Assembly (NCBI GenBank): GCA_017521025.1
Contig: JAFXEB010000002.1
Coordinates: forward strand, 20,232-84,231
Reading direction: 5' to 3'
Length of the DNA stretch: 64,000 bases
Origin: Clostridia bacterium
Lineage (GTDB): Bacteria > Bacillota > Clostridia > Oscillospirales > CAG-382
Below the pieces are notes generated by a model, which made no database searches, had not been told where the DNA came from, and saw only the letters and a list, made by a program, of their open reading frames with translations. The translations under genes were made by a program, and so were the position numbers. This document shows, one piece after another, positions 37,469 through 47,400 of the stretch (position 1 is the first letter of the stretch; every line of letters begins with the position of its first letter).

Positions 37469-38611
37469 ATGGCTAACAGATTTGTATCCAATCCCATCTC
37501 TTATCACGGCAAGGGCGCTATCGCTGAGATACCCGCTATCGTTGCCGCAAAGGGCTTTAAAAAGGCGTTCATCGCTACCGACCCCGACCTTGTAAGGTTT
37601 GGTGTGACCAAAAAGGTAACCGATATACTTGACGGTGCGGGTATGGCATACGAGATATATTCCGATATAAAGCCTAATCCCACTATCGAAAATGTACAGT
37701 CCGGCGTTGCCGCATACAAGGCATCGGGCGCAGATTATATGATAGCCGTAGGCGGCGGCTCATCTATGGACACAGGCAAGGCCATAGGTATTATCGTCAA
37801 TAATCCCGAGTTTGCTGACGTCCGCAGTCTTGAGGGCGTAGCTCCCACCAAAAACCGCACCGTATATACCATTGCCGTACCCACCACTGCAGGCACTGCG
37901 GCAGAGGCTACCATAAACTACGTTATCACCGATGTGGAGAGAAAGCGTAAGTTTGTTTGTGTTGACGTTAACGATATACCCGACGTAGCTCTTGTTGACC
38001 CTGATATGATGTCCACTATGCCTAAGGGGCTTACCGCTGCCACCGGTATGGATGCGCTGACTCACGCTATCGAGGGCTACACCACCAAGGGCGCATGGGC
38101 GCTTCCCGACTGTCTCAACCTTGAGGCTATCCGTCTTATCGCAAAGAGCCTCCGTGGCGCTGTTGAGAACGATCCCGAGGGTAGAGAGGGCATGGCGCTC
38201 GGTCAGTTTGTAACGGGTATGGCGTTCTCTAACGTAGGTCTCGGCATCGCTCACTCCGTTGCACATACCCTCGGCGCAGTATATGACACGGCTCACGGCG
38301 TTGCCTGCGCTATGATGCTGCCTATCGTTATGGAGTATAACGCAGACTGCACGGGTGAAAAGTACAAGGCAATTGCCGAGGCTATGGGTGTTGACACTGC
38401 CGGTATGTCCGTTGAGGAGTATCGCAGGGCGGCTGTAGATGCTGTACGTCAGCTCAGTATCGACGTTGGCATCCCCACGAAGCTTGCAGGTCTTAAGGAG
38501 GAGGATCTTGAGTTCCTTGCTCAGTCTGCTTATGCTGATGCCTGCGCTCCCGGCAACCCCAAGGCAGCGTCTGTGGAGGATATAAAGGCGCTTATCAGAA
38601 AGCTTATGTAA
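37469..38611 (+). CDS. fucO: Iron-containing alcohol dehydrogenase, lactaldehyde reductase-like
   Basis: GGGSSMD, PTTAGTAAE, DALTHAIEGY, HSVAH, HGVA; MANRF N-terminus. Confidence 0.85.
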   Translation: MANRFVSNPISYHGKGAIAEIPAIVAAKGFKKAFIATDPDLVRFGVTKKVTDILDGAGMAYEIYSDIKPNPTIENVQSGVAAYKASGADYMIAVGGGSSMDTGKAIGIIVNNPEFADVRSLEGVAPTKNRTVYTIAVPTTAGTAAEATINYVITDVERKRKFVCVDVNDIPDVALVDPDMMSTMPKGLTAATGMDALTHAIEGYTTKGAWALPDCLNLEAIRLIAKSLRGAVENDPEGREGMALGQFVTGMAFSNVGLGIAHSVAHTLGAVYDTAHGVACAMMLPIVMEYNADCTGEKYKAIAEAMGVDTAGMSVEEYRRAAVDAVRQLSIDVGIPTKLAGLKEEDLEFLAQSAYADACAPGNPKAASVEDIKALIRKLM

Positions 38612-38633
38612 TATTTGGGCAATCGTTTATTGT

Positions 38634-38663
38634 GCGAGGCGGCAGTATGCCGCCTCGTTTTTT
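38634..38663 (+). terminator. Terminator after fucO
   Basis: gcgaggcggc-agtat-gccgcctcgt followed by a T run. Confidence 0.8.
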
Positions 38664-38787
38664 GCAGGTGTATACAAATTAACGTACAAAAAACGTTGCA
38701 ATTTGGGTGAGTTTGTGTATAATATACCTTGTATAAGTATTTTTTAGCGCATCCTGCACTGAAATGTGTTTTTTGGGGATTTTGGCT

Positions 38788-38919
38788 ATGAAAAAAACTG
38801 CTATGCGCTTTTTAAGTGTACTGTTATCCCTTTCCTTCGTTACCGTCCTTGACGGTAACGGCTATCTCAGCAGCGTTGACTGTCTAACCGAGGTGCTGCG
38901 CACAAAGCTTGGAAAATAG
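38788..38919 (+). pseudogene. 43-aa ORF: signal-peptide-like start fused to half a dockerin (probable internally deleted gene)
   Basis: MKKTAMRFLSVLLSLSFVTVL-DGNGYLSSVDCLTEVLRTKLGK*; own promoter TTGCAA-16-TATAAT at 38696-38723. Confidence 0.5.
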
Positions 38920-39015
38920 GCAGTGATACAGTATTGATTTGAGGAAAAACCTATGCTATAATCAAGTAAAATAAAACAGCAAAATATGATCCATTTTGGG
39001 AAAGGAACGGCTTTT

Positions 39016-40572
39016 ATGAAAAAGATTCTTGTAATGCTCCTTGCTTTCACCCTTGTTCTGTCAACGGTGTGCTTTGTAAAAGGCACAGAGGTAAAGGCGG
39101 CTAATGTGGAGACATACATAGGCGACCTTAAGCTGACTAAGATCAATGGCATCTGGAGTGACCCCACCACTAATACTATGATACTGCTCACCCCCGGTCA
39201 AAGTCTTAACGCACTGTATTATGCAAGGCTCTGCGCCGTATATGACAGTGCGGCAGGCTGTTATGTGGTTACCGAAAAGATAGCCACCCATTGCTCAAGC
39301 TCAACCACCATTCCTACGGGGGGCATAGGGCTTGCCTTCAACTATGCGCCTATTTCGGGCAACAGCTATTCCAACGCCTTTGCCAAGGCAAACTGGCTTG
39401 TATGGGATAAGATACGTGTGGGCGATAAGCTTACCCTGAGCGGCGTTGACCTTACAAACAAGACCCTTTCCGTAAGCGGCACATGGGCGTCGGCAAGCTT
39501 TGTTTCCAACGCTCTCGTAAAGGTCACTACCGTCCGTGACGATGCTGCACCCAAGACCCCCTTTACGGGTAAAAAGATAGTATGTATGGGCGACAGCGTT
39601 ACCGTGGGCGGCGGCTGGACCGAGGCTATCAGCAATACCTTCAATACCGAGGTCATCAACAGCGGCTTCGGCGGCGATACCTCAACCAACTACTACAACT
39701 ACCGCTACCAGACCCACGTTGCGGCTCATAATCCCGATATTGTTTTCGTTGAGTTCGGCATAAACGATGCCCTCACCTACAAGGGCACCGCCGCAGGCAT
39801 CGAGACCTATAGAAACACCCTGCGCAATATCTATCAGAAGAATACCGCTATGGGCGCAACCACTATCTTTATGACCCCCAATAACATAAACATCTCTATG
39901 TATGACGGCTCCTCCTACAGCGCTTACGGCGGCTTGCAGGGCTATCTGGATGCCTTCCTTCAGGCTATGGAGGACGTAGCCAATGAGTACGGCTGTCACT
40001 TTATCAATATTTACGAGATGTGGCGCACCAACAACTATGCCCCTACATATCTTATCGACGGCACCCACCCCACCAGCTACGGCTATGCAAGGAATATCGA
40101 AAAGATACTGGCTTATCTTGAGGAGAATAAGTACGATATCTGCGGCGTGTCCGCCGACCCTACCGAGCTTACCGTTAAAAGCGGCAGCGGCATCTCTATT
40201 GAAGGCTCCCTGCTTACGGGCGTAGGTGAGAGCGTGAGCGTTGACAGCCTTAAGGCTCAGTTCAACGAGGATGCAGGCTATATCTCCGTAAGGAATGCCG
40301 GTGGCGCCGAGATAACAAGCGGTACCGTAGGCACTACCTTTACCGTAAACCTCGTGGTAGGCGGCTCTGTGATAAAGAGCTATAGCGTGGTAATAGCAGG
40401 TGACGTAACGGGTGACGGCGTAGTGTCCGGCGCAGACTATATACTTGTCAAAAGCGCTATCAGCGGCACCGTCAGCCTTAACACCCCCTGCGTGAAGGCG
40501 GCAGACTTTGACGGCTCCGGCGACGTTTCCAGCTCCGACTATATGTATATAAGGACGTTGCTCTCAAAATAA
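39016..40572 (+). CDS. Secreted SGNH/GDSL hydrolase with C-terminal dockerin
   Basis: Signal peptide; GDSVT, NSGFGGD, FGIND, DGTHP; dockerin GDVTGDGVVSGADY...ADFDGSGDVSSSDY; promoter TTGATT-17-TATAAT at 38934-38962. Confidence 0.88.
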   Translation: MKKILVMLLAFTLVLSTVCFVKGTEVKAANVETYIGDLKLTKINGIWSDPTTNTMILLTPGQSLNALYYARLCAVYDSAAGCYVVTEKIATHCSSSTTIPTGGIGLAFNYAPISGNSYSNAFAKANWLVWDKIRVGDKLTLSGVDLTNKTLSVSGTWASASFVSNALVKVTTVRDDAAPKTPFTGKKIVCMGDSVTVGGGWTEAISNTFNTEVINSGFGGDTSTNYYNYRYQTHVAAHNPDIVFVEFGINDALTYKGTAAGIETYRNTLRNIYQKNTAMGATTIFMTPNNINISMYDGSSYSAYGGLQGYLDAFLQAMEDVANEYGCHFINIYEMWRTNNYAPTYLIDGTHPTSYGYARNIEKILAYLEENKYDICGVSADPTELTVKSGSGISIEGSLLTGVGESVSVDSLKAQFNEDAGYISVRNAGGAEITSGTVGTTFTVNLVVGGSVIKSYSVVIAGDVTGDGVVSGADYILVKSAISGTVSLNTPCVKAADFDGSGDVSSSDYMYIRTLLSK

Positions 40573-40595
40573 GCCTTGATACACGGTTAATGCGC

Positions 40596-40628
40596 AAAAA
40601 CGCCATTCTTCGGGATGGCGTTTTTTTA
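40596..40628 (+). terminator. Intrinsic terminator
   Basis: aaaaacgccat-tcttcggg-atggcg followed by a T run. Confidence 0.8.
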
Positions 40629-40660
40629 TGCATTTGCCATTAAAAAACTTGATTTTACCA

Positions 40661-40689
40661 TTGATTTAGGAAGTATAATGTGGTAAAAT
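40661..40689 (+). promoter_or_regulatory. Promoter of the polysaccharide locus
   Basis: TTGATT-17-TAAAAT with extended TG; a second TATAAT at 40674-40679. Confidence 0.55.
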
Positions 40690-40750
40690 CAACTCAGAAT
40701 GGGTAAGTTTAAGAAAAATGCATTAGCATCGTAAAGCAAGGTATGTAAAA

Positions 40751-41962
40751 ATGGAAATTAAGGCTTTTGAAAAGAAAATATATTTGTCCTCTCCCACCAT
40801 GCACGGGGACGAGATGTTGTATATGAACAAGGCTTATGAGACTAACTGGATGTCTACCGTAGGCGAGAATATAAATGCGGTCGAGGGCCTTATGTGTGAT
40901 TACACGGGCACTGCCCATTCTGTCGCCCTCTCCAGCGGCACTGCTGCTCTCCATCTCGCTATGAAGCTGGCAGGCGTTAAGCGTGGGGACAGGGTCTTTT
41001 GCAGTGATATGACCTTTGCCGCAACGGTAAATCCCGTTGTGTATGAGGGCGGTATACCTATTTTTATCGACAGCGAGCGTGATACGTGGAATATGGACCC
41101 CGTGGCTCTGGAAAAGGCATTCGAGCTTTATCCCGAGGTGAAGGTTGTGGTTGCCGTGAACCTTTACGGTACCCCTGCAAAGCTTGACGAGCTTTGCGCT
41201 GTTTGCGAAAAGCACGGTGCAGTGCTTGTGGAGGATGCAGCCGAGTCTCTCGGTGCCTCCTATAAGGGCAGGCAGACGGGCTCCTTCGGTACATATAACG
41301 TTATTTCCTTCAACGGCAACAAGATAATTACAGGCTCCTCAGGCGGTGTCTTGCTGTCTGATGACGGAGCCGCTATAGACAGTGCACGCAAATGGTCTAC
41401 CCAGAGCAGAGAGGACGCCCCTTGGTATCAGCATACCGAGCTTGGCTACAACTACCGTATGAGCAATGTGGTCGCAGGCGTGGTAAGAGGACAAATGCCC
41501 TATATAGATAAGCATATCGCACAGAAAAAGGCGATATACGAGCGCTACAGAGAGGGACTAAAGGACCTGCCCGTGACTATGAATCCTTATGACGGCAACT
41601 TGTGTGAGCCTAATTTCTGGCTTTCCTGCCTTTTGATTGACGAGGCTGCAATGTGCCCCCAGCACAGGACGGATACAGGCAGCACCTACACTCCCGAGAA
41701 GGGCAAGAGCTGTCCCGATATGATAATAGAGCGGCTGGCTAAGTATAATGCGGAGGCACGCCCTATATGGAAGCCTATGCACCTACAGCCCTTCTACAGC
41801 GATTGCGCCTTTGTCACAGCCAAGGGCGAGGGCAGAAATGCCGCAAATGTTGACACGGATATATTCACCAGGGGACTTTGTCTCCCCAGCGATAATAAAA
41901 TGACTAAGGATGAGCAGGACATGGTTATAGAAATAATAAGATCCTGCTTCAGAGGTTATTGA
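40751..41962 (+). CDS. DegT/DnrJ/EryC1 sugar aminotransferase (PglE/EpsN-like)
   Basis: SGTAALHLA, EDAAESLG, SFNGNKIIT (PLP lysine), GYNYRMSN, RPIWKPMH. Confidence 0.92.
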   Translation: MEIKAFEKKIYLSSPTMHGDEMLYMNKAYETNWMSTVGENINAVEGLMCDYTGTAHSVALSSGTAALHLAMKLAGVKRGDRVFCSDMTFAATVNPVVYEGGIPIFIDSERDTWNMDPVALEKAFELYPEVKVVVAVNLYGTPAKLDELCAVCEKHGAVLVEDAAESLGASYKGRQTGSFGTYNVISFNGNKIITGSSGGVLLSDDGAAIDSARKWSTQSREDAPWYQHTELGYNYRMSNVVAGVVRGQMPYIDKHIAQKKAIYERYREGLKDLPVTMNPYDGNLCEPNFWLSCLLIDEAAMCPQHRTDTGSTYTPEKGKSCPDMIIERLAKYNAEARPIWKPMHLQPFYSDCAFVTAKGEGRNAANVDTDIFTRGLCLPSDNKMTKDEQDMVIEIIRSCFRGY

Positions 41963-42606
41963 TGTATTCCGCTTTTATAAAAAGATTTCTTGATTTTTGC
42001 ATTTCCCTTGTGGCTGTTGCAGTTCTGTCACCCGTGCTTCTGCTTTTGACGGTTGCAGGCGCAGTGGCTATGGGCGGAAACCCCTTTTTCGTGCAGAAAC
42101 GCCCGGGAAGGATACGGAAAAGCACGGGGGAGGAGAAAATATTCAGGCTGATAAAATTCCGCACAATGAATAACCGTCGGGATAAGAACGGTGAGCTTTT
42201 GCCCGATGCTGAGCGCCTTAACCGCTACGGGCGAATATTGCGCTCTACGTCTCTGGATGAGTTGCCCGAGCTTATCAATATATTAAAGGGCGATATGTCC
42301 ATAGTGGGGCCAAGACCGTTACTTGTTAAGTATCTGCCCTTGTACAGCAAGGAACAGCGCCGTCGGCACCGGGTGCGCCCCGGCCTTACGGGACTTGCAC
42401 AGATAAACGGGCGGAACGCTATTTCGTGGCAGCAGCGTTTTGCTTTGGATGTAAGATATGTTGACAGCGTAAGCTTTGCCACGGATATTAAAATAATCGT
42501 TGGAACTTTTTCTGCCGTGTTAAAGAGTAAGGGCATCAGCTCTGCTACCAACGTCACGATGGAGGAGTTCAGAGGCAACGAAACTGAAGAAAAGGTTTGT
42601 TTGTAG
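41962..42606 (+). CDS. Initiating phosphoglycosyl transferase (PglC/EpsL-like)
   Basis: KRFLD, KFRTM, SLDELPEL.N..KGDMS.VGPRP, RPGLTGLAQ. Confidence 0.92.
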   Translation: MYSAFIKRFLDFCISLVAVAVLSPVLLLLTVAGAVAMGGNPFFVQKRPGRIRKSTGEEKIFRLIKFRTMNNRRDKNGELLPDAERLNRYGRILRSTSLDELPELINILKGDMSIVGPRPLLVKYLPLYSKEQRRRHRVRPGLTGLAQINGRNAISWQQRFALDVRYVDSVSFATDIKIIVGTFSAVLKSKGISSATNVTMEEFRGNETEEKVCL

Positions 42607-42610
42607 ATCA

Positions 42611-43240
42611 ATGGACGTAAAGAAACAGCTTTTGATAATCGGTGCAGGCGGTCACGGGCGAGTGGTTGCCGATATTGCAAAACTCAGGGGCTATGAAAAC
42701 GTAGGCTTTCTGGACGACCGTTCGGATGGCGGAGCGGTGGACGGATACCCCGTTTTGGGCGACACCAACGCTTTTGAGGCGTATAAGGAAAACTGCGCTT
42801 TTATTGTAGCTATAGGTGACAACTGCGCAAGGCGTAGGCTGTACGAAAAGCTTCGCCTCGGCGGCGGGGAGACTGTTTCTCTTTGCCATCCCAATGCGGT
42901 GGTGGCAGAAGGAGTGCAGATAGGTAAGGGTACCGTTATTATGGCAGGCGCTGTAGTAAACACGGGCGCAAGCATAGGTAACGGCGTCATACTTAACACC
43001 TGTTGTTCCGTAGACCACGACTGCGTTGTCGGTGATTTCTGTCACGTTTCTGTTGGAGCTCACCTTGCGGGGACTGTAAATCTGGGTGAAAATGTCCTTG
43101 TAGGCGCAGGTGCTACCGTGATACAAAATGTGGACATTTGCGCCGATTGCGTTATAGGCGCAGGGGCGGTGGTTATAAAGGACGTAAAGGAAAGCGGAAC
43201 ATATCTGGGCGTTCCTGCCCTTTTGAAGACGAGGGGGTAG
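42611..43240 (+). CDS. NeuD/PglD-family sugar acetyltransferase
   Basis: IIGAGGHG, VAIGDN, HPNA, hexapeptide repeats, VDHDC. Confidence 0.9.
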   Translation: MDVKKQLLIIGAGGHGRVVADIAKLRGYENVGFLDDRSDGGAVDGYPVLGDTNAFEAYKENCAFIVAIGDNCARRRLYEKLRLGGGETVSLCHPNAVVAEGVQIGKGTVIMAGAVVNTGASIGNGVILNTCCSVDHDCVVGDFCHVSVGAHLAGTVNLGENVLVGAGATVIQNVDICADCVIGAGAVVIKDVKESGTYLGVPALLKTRG

Positions 43241-43252
43241 CGCAATAATAGA

Positions 43253-44467
43253 ATGAACGTATTGTTTTTGACTATCGGCAGGATAAACAGCTTGGATGAC
43301 GGTACTATCTACTCCGACTTGCTTAAGGCTTTTGTGAAAAATGGGCACAGGGTTTTTGCGGTAAGCCCCAACGAGCGCCGCTACAAAGCAAAAACCGCTT
43401 TTTCCACCGACGGAGATTTTGGTCTGCTTAAGGTAAGGACGGGTAACCTGCAAAAATGTAATTTCATTGAAAAAGGCATAGCCACCTTGCTTGTGGAGCG
43501 ACAGTATATAAGAGCCATAAAAAAGTATCTTTCAAACGTGGTTTTCGATTTGGTTATTTATTCTACTCCTCCCATTACCTTCGCTAATGCGGTAAATTAC
43601 GTAAAAAAGCGTGATAACGCCAAAACTTATCTTTTGCTTAAGGATATATTCCCCCAAAACGCTGTCGATATCGGTGTATTGAAGAAGAACGGCATAAAGG
43701 GATTTTTATACCGTTATTTCAGAAAAAAAGAGAAAAAGCTATATGCTTTTTCTGACCGTATCGGCTGTATGTCCGAAGCCAATCGTAAATATTTGCTTGC
43801 TAACAACCCCGAAATCCCCTATGAAAAGGTCGAGATATGCCCGAACTCCATAGAGGTGAGGGATTTACAGCTTGATGCTGCAGAAAAAAGCGAAATTCGC
43901 AAACGCTACGGTATACCCGAAAATGCTACGGTATTTGTATATGGCGGTAATCTCGGCAAACCCCAAGGGATAGGGTTTATTGCAGACTGTTTGCGCAAGG
44001 CAAAATGCGTTGACAATGTTTTCTTTTTGATCGTAGGTAGCGGCACGGAGTATCACAGGCTTGAACAGTTTGTTGAGGCGGAGAGGCCATCAAATGTTTT
44101 GCTGATGAAAAGCATACCTAAGTGCGATTATGACAAGATGATAGTTGCTTGTGACGTGGGACTTATATTCTTGGACTATAGGTTTTCGATCCCCAATTTT
44201 CCGTCGAGATTGCTTTCGTATATGCAGGCGAAAATACCGATACTTGCCTGTGTTGACCCCAATACAGATGTAGGTGCCGTGGTCGAAGCGGCAGGTGCGG
44301 GGTACTGCTGTCTTAGTAACGATGTTGACGGCTTTGTAAATGCGGTAAAAAAACTGTGCGTATGCGACCGTGCAAAAATGGGAGAGAATGCGTGGCGGTA
44401 TCTGAATGATAATTACACCGCAGAGCAAGGCTACCGTATAATAACAAAAAACCAAAAAATAAAATAA
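43253..44467 (+). CDS. GT4 glycosyltransferase (WbuB/Cap5L-like, probable L-FucNAc transferase)
   Basis: YSTPPIT, KDIFPQNAVD, YGGNLGKPQG, PNFPSRLLSYM; fnlABC are in the same locus. Confidence 0.85.
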   Translation: MNVLFLTIGRINSLDDGTIYSDLLKAFVKNGHRVFAVSPNERRYKAKTAFSTDGDFGLLKVRTGNLQKCNFIEKGIATLLVERQYIRAIKKYLSNVVFDLVIYSTPPITFANAVNYVKKRDNAKTYLLLKDIFPQNAVDIGVLKKNGIKGFLYRYFRKKEKKLYAFSDRIGCMSEANRKYLLANNPEIPYEKVEICPNSIEVRDLQLDAAEKSEIRKRYGIPENATVFVYGGNLGKPQGIGFIADCLRKAKCVDNVFFLIVGSGTEYHRLEQFVEAERPSNVLLMKSIPKCDYDKMIVACDVGLIFLDYRFSIPNFPSRLLSYMQAKIPILACVDPNTDVGAVVEAAGAGYCCLSNDVDGFVNAVKKLCVCDRAKMGENAWRYLNDNYTAEQGYRIITKNQKIK

Positions 44468-44484
44468 AAAAAGGAGACAAAAAC

Positions 44485-47400
44485 ATGAAGAACACCAGCA
44501 GAATTCTGTCCGCATTGCTTTGCTTCGTGATGATAGTGGGTATATTCCCCGCATCTGTAATCGGTGCAAGTGCGGCTGAAGTGAACGGCAAGTTTGCAAA
44601 CTCGAGTCTTACCGTGGCTACAGAGAAAAACTCAACTCTGGCTCCCGGTATAACTCAGGATGCATACACCGTCTATGACAGCAACGGCGATCAGGTAAAG
44701 ATGTTCATTACTACCGCTGATATGAGCGTTGATACCGTAAAGCTGTTTGCATCCTATAAGGATATGGACCCTACCAATTACGGTATGTCCAAGCTCACTC
44801 AGCAGGTCGAGGCCTTTAACAAGAAGGCTGCGGCAGGCGACGAGTATTATCAGGGCACCGTGGTAGCGGGCATCAATGCATCATATTACAATATGATAAA
44901 CGGTAAGCCTACGGGTACCTTTGTTATGAACGGTATAGACGTTACCACCGAGAGCGAGGGTAACGCTTACGGTTATTTTGCCGTTATGAAGGACGGCTCC
45001 GTAAAGATAGGCAACAAGGGCGATTATTCCGCAGATAAGGGCAACATCCGTGAGGCTATCGGCATTTACACCATGCTTATAGTTGACGGTCAGATCTGTG
45101 CAGGACTCAACACCGTACAGAAGTATCCCCGTCAGACCATAGGTATCACTGCTGACGGCAACGTTATCCTTATGACTGCCGACGGTAATCAGGCACCTAA
45201 GTCCATCGGTCTTACCGTGCTTGAGCAGGCTCAGGTAATGCTTGACCTTGGCTGTGTATGGGCAGGTCATCTCGACGGCGGCGGCTCCTGCACTTACGCC
45301 GCAAAGCCCGAGGGCTCCAACGATTTTTCCATCGCAAACAGCCCCTCCGACGGCTCTGAGCGTTCCGTATCCAACGGCTTCCTTATCGTTTCCACCGCAG
45401 TAAGCGACGGCAAGCTTGCCAGCGCCTCTCTTGTAGCTGAGAGCGAGTACGTTACTCCCGGCTCTGCCGTAAAGCTCAGCGCAACGGGTGTTGACTCTGC
45501 AGGCGGCCCTGCCGAGATCCCCGAAGACGCAACATGGCAGCTTGAAGACAGCTCCTACGGCACCGTAGCAGACGGCGTGTTTACCTCTACCGGCAAGTGC
45601 GGCGGTGCAGTGGTACAGCTTGCGGTTGGCGGAAAGGTAGTGGGCGAGGCTACCGTTAACGTAGTTATTCCCGATACCGTAAAGTTTTTAAGCTCTGAAA
45701 TGGTCGTTCCTTACGGCAAGTCCGTAAAGCTTGAGCTTATTGCTACCTACGGTCCCAAGGACGTTGTAGTAAAGGCATCTGACTTTAACTTTGTATTTGA
45801 CAACCCCGCAGTGGGTACTATAGACGGCTTCAGCTTTACCGCCTGCGAGGAGAACGCAGCAGTAACCGGCAGCAACCTTACTGCCACACTCGTTTATGAC
45901 GAGACCGTTGTTGCAACCACCAAGCTTACCCTCGGTAAGGGTTCTGAAGTGGTTTACGACTTTGAGGACGGTACCAACCAAAACGTATACATTAACGAGA
46001 CTCCCGGCACTAAGTACAACTACGTATGGCCCGAGGTAACTCAGCAGGTTGTGAACGGCGAAAACGGCAAGGTGCACGGCGGTTCCTTTGCACTCGGCGC
46101 AGATATAGACTACAGCAACTCTCTCGAGTCCGGCTATATGAAGACGAGTATTTACGCTACCGAGACCAGGGTGTTCGAGAATGCCGTACGTGTTGGTGCG
46201 TGGATATATGTTTCCGATGAGTGGGTAGGTCTGTGGATCCGTTGGACTCTCAGATCCGTCACAGGCTACAATCCCGACGGTACTCCAATCTTTGCCAGCG
46301 GCACTATCAACGGTAACAATATGGATACCGGTGCCGGCGGCACGGGCGTTGTGTACAGCTTTGACGAGCCCGGCTGGCATTACCTCCACGTTGACACCTC
46401 TGCATATTCTGCTGTCGGCTGGTCTGCCAACGGCGCCATGATGCAGCTTTATATTTCCGACCGTGACGGCTCCGCATACGATTACGTAGCCTCCGAAAAC
46501 AGCAACATCCCCTCTAAATTCAGATTCTATATCGATGACATAACCGTTGACTATTCCACGGCAGTTGATGACCGTGAGGCACCCGTGTTCTCCGATATCA
46601 CTTACGCTGTTGAGGGTATGGCAGACGCAGCGGTTCTTAACAACCAGACCGTAAGCAGCAATAAGGTGACCTTCGGCACCTCTGTTGATGACTATATGGA
46701 TAAGAGCAACTTTACCGGTATCGACGCTTCCACCGTTAAGGCGTATATAGACGGCGTTGAGGTTGAGTGCGCTTATGCCAACGGGCTCGTGTCCGTAAGC
46801 GACGCTGTTCTTGATAACGGCAAGCATACCGTTAAGTTCAGCGCCTGCGATAAAATGGGTAACTACGGCTGTGCTTACGGCTACATTACCGTAAACTCTG
46901 CAGACAGCAACAGTACTGTTAAGCTCGTCCCCACCAACCCCGAGCTTGACCGCATACTTTTAGGCTCCATTTACAATATGGATCTGGTAGCTACCGCTAT
47001 TGAAGATGTTCAGAGCGTTAAGGTTACCATCGACCTTGATAACAACAGCACCTGGCAGCTTGACCATATGACCCTTGCAGAGGGCTTTGAGGCGAAATAC
47101 GCCATTGACGCTACCGAGAATATAGCCGTTATTGAGATCACCCGTGTGGGCGAGAACGCTGAGACAGGGGAAAAGGCTATTGCCACCCTTCCTGTACGTG
47201 TATGGTCTCTCAAGACCGGTTACGTTTACGCTAACGGCACCAAGCAGGGCGCACAGGCTTTTACCTACGCTCAATTCAAGTCTATGGGCGAGTTCTGGAG
47301 AATGTCCGTTATCGCAAATGTAGAGTGCGGCGTTCTTACCCGAGTTGACGGCTCTGTTTCCACCTTCACCGGTGAGAGAGTTTTCTGTGATACCGAGATG

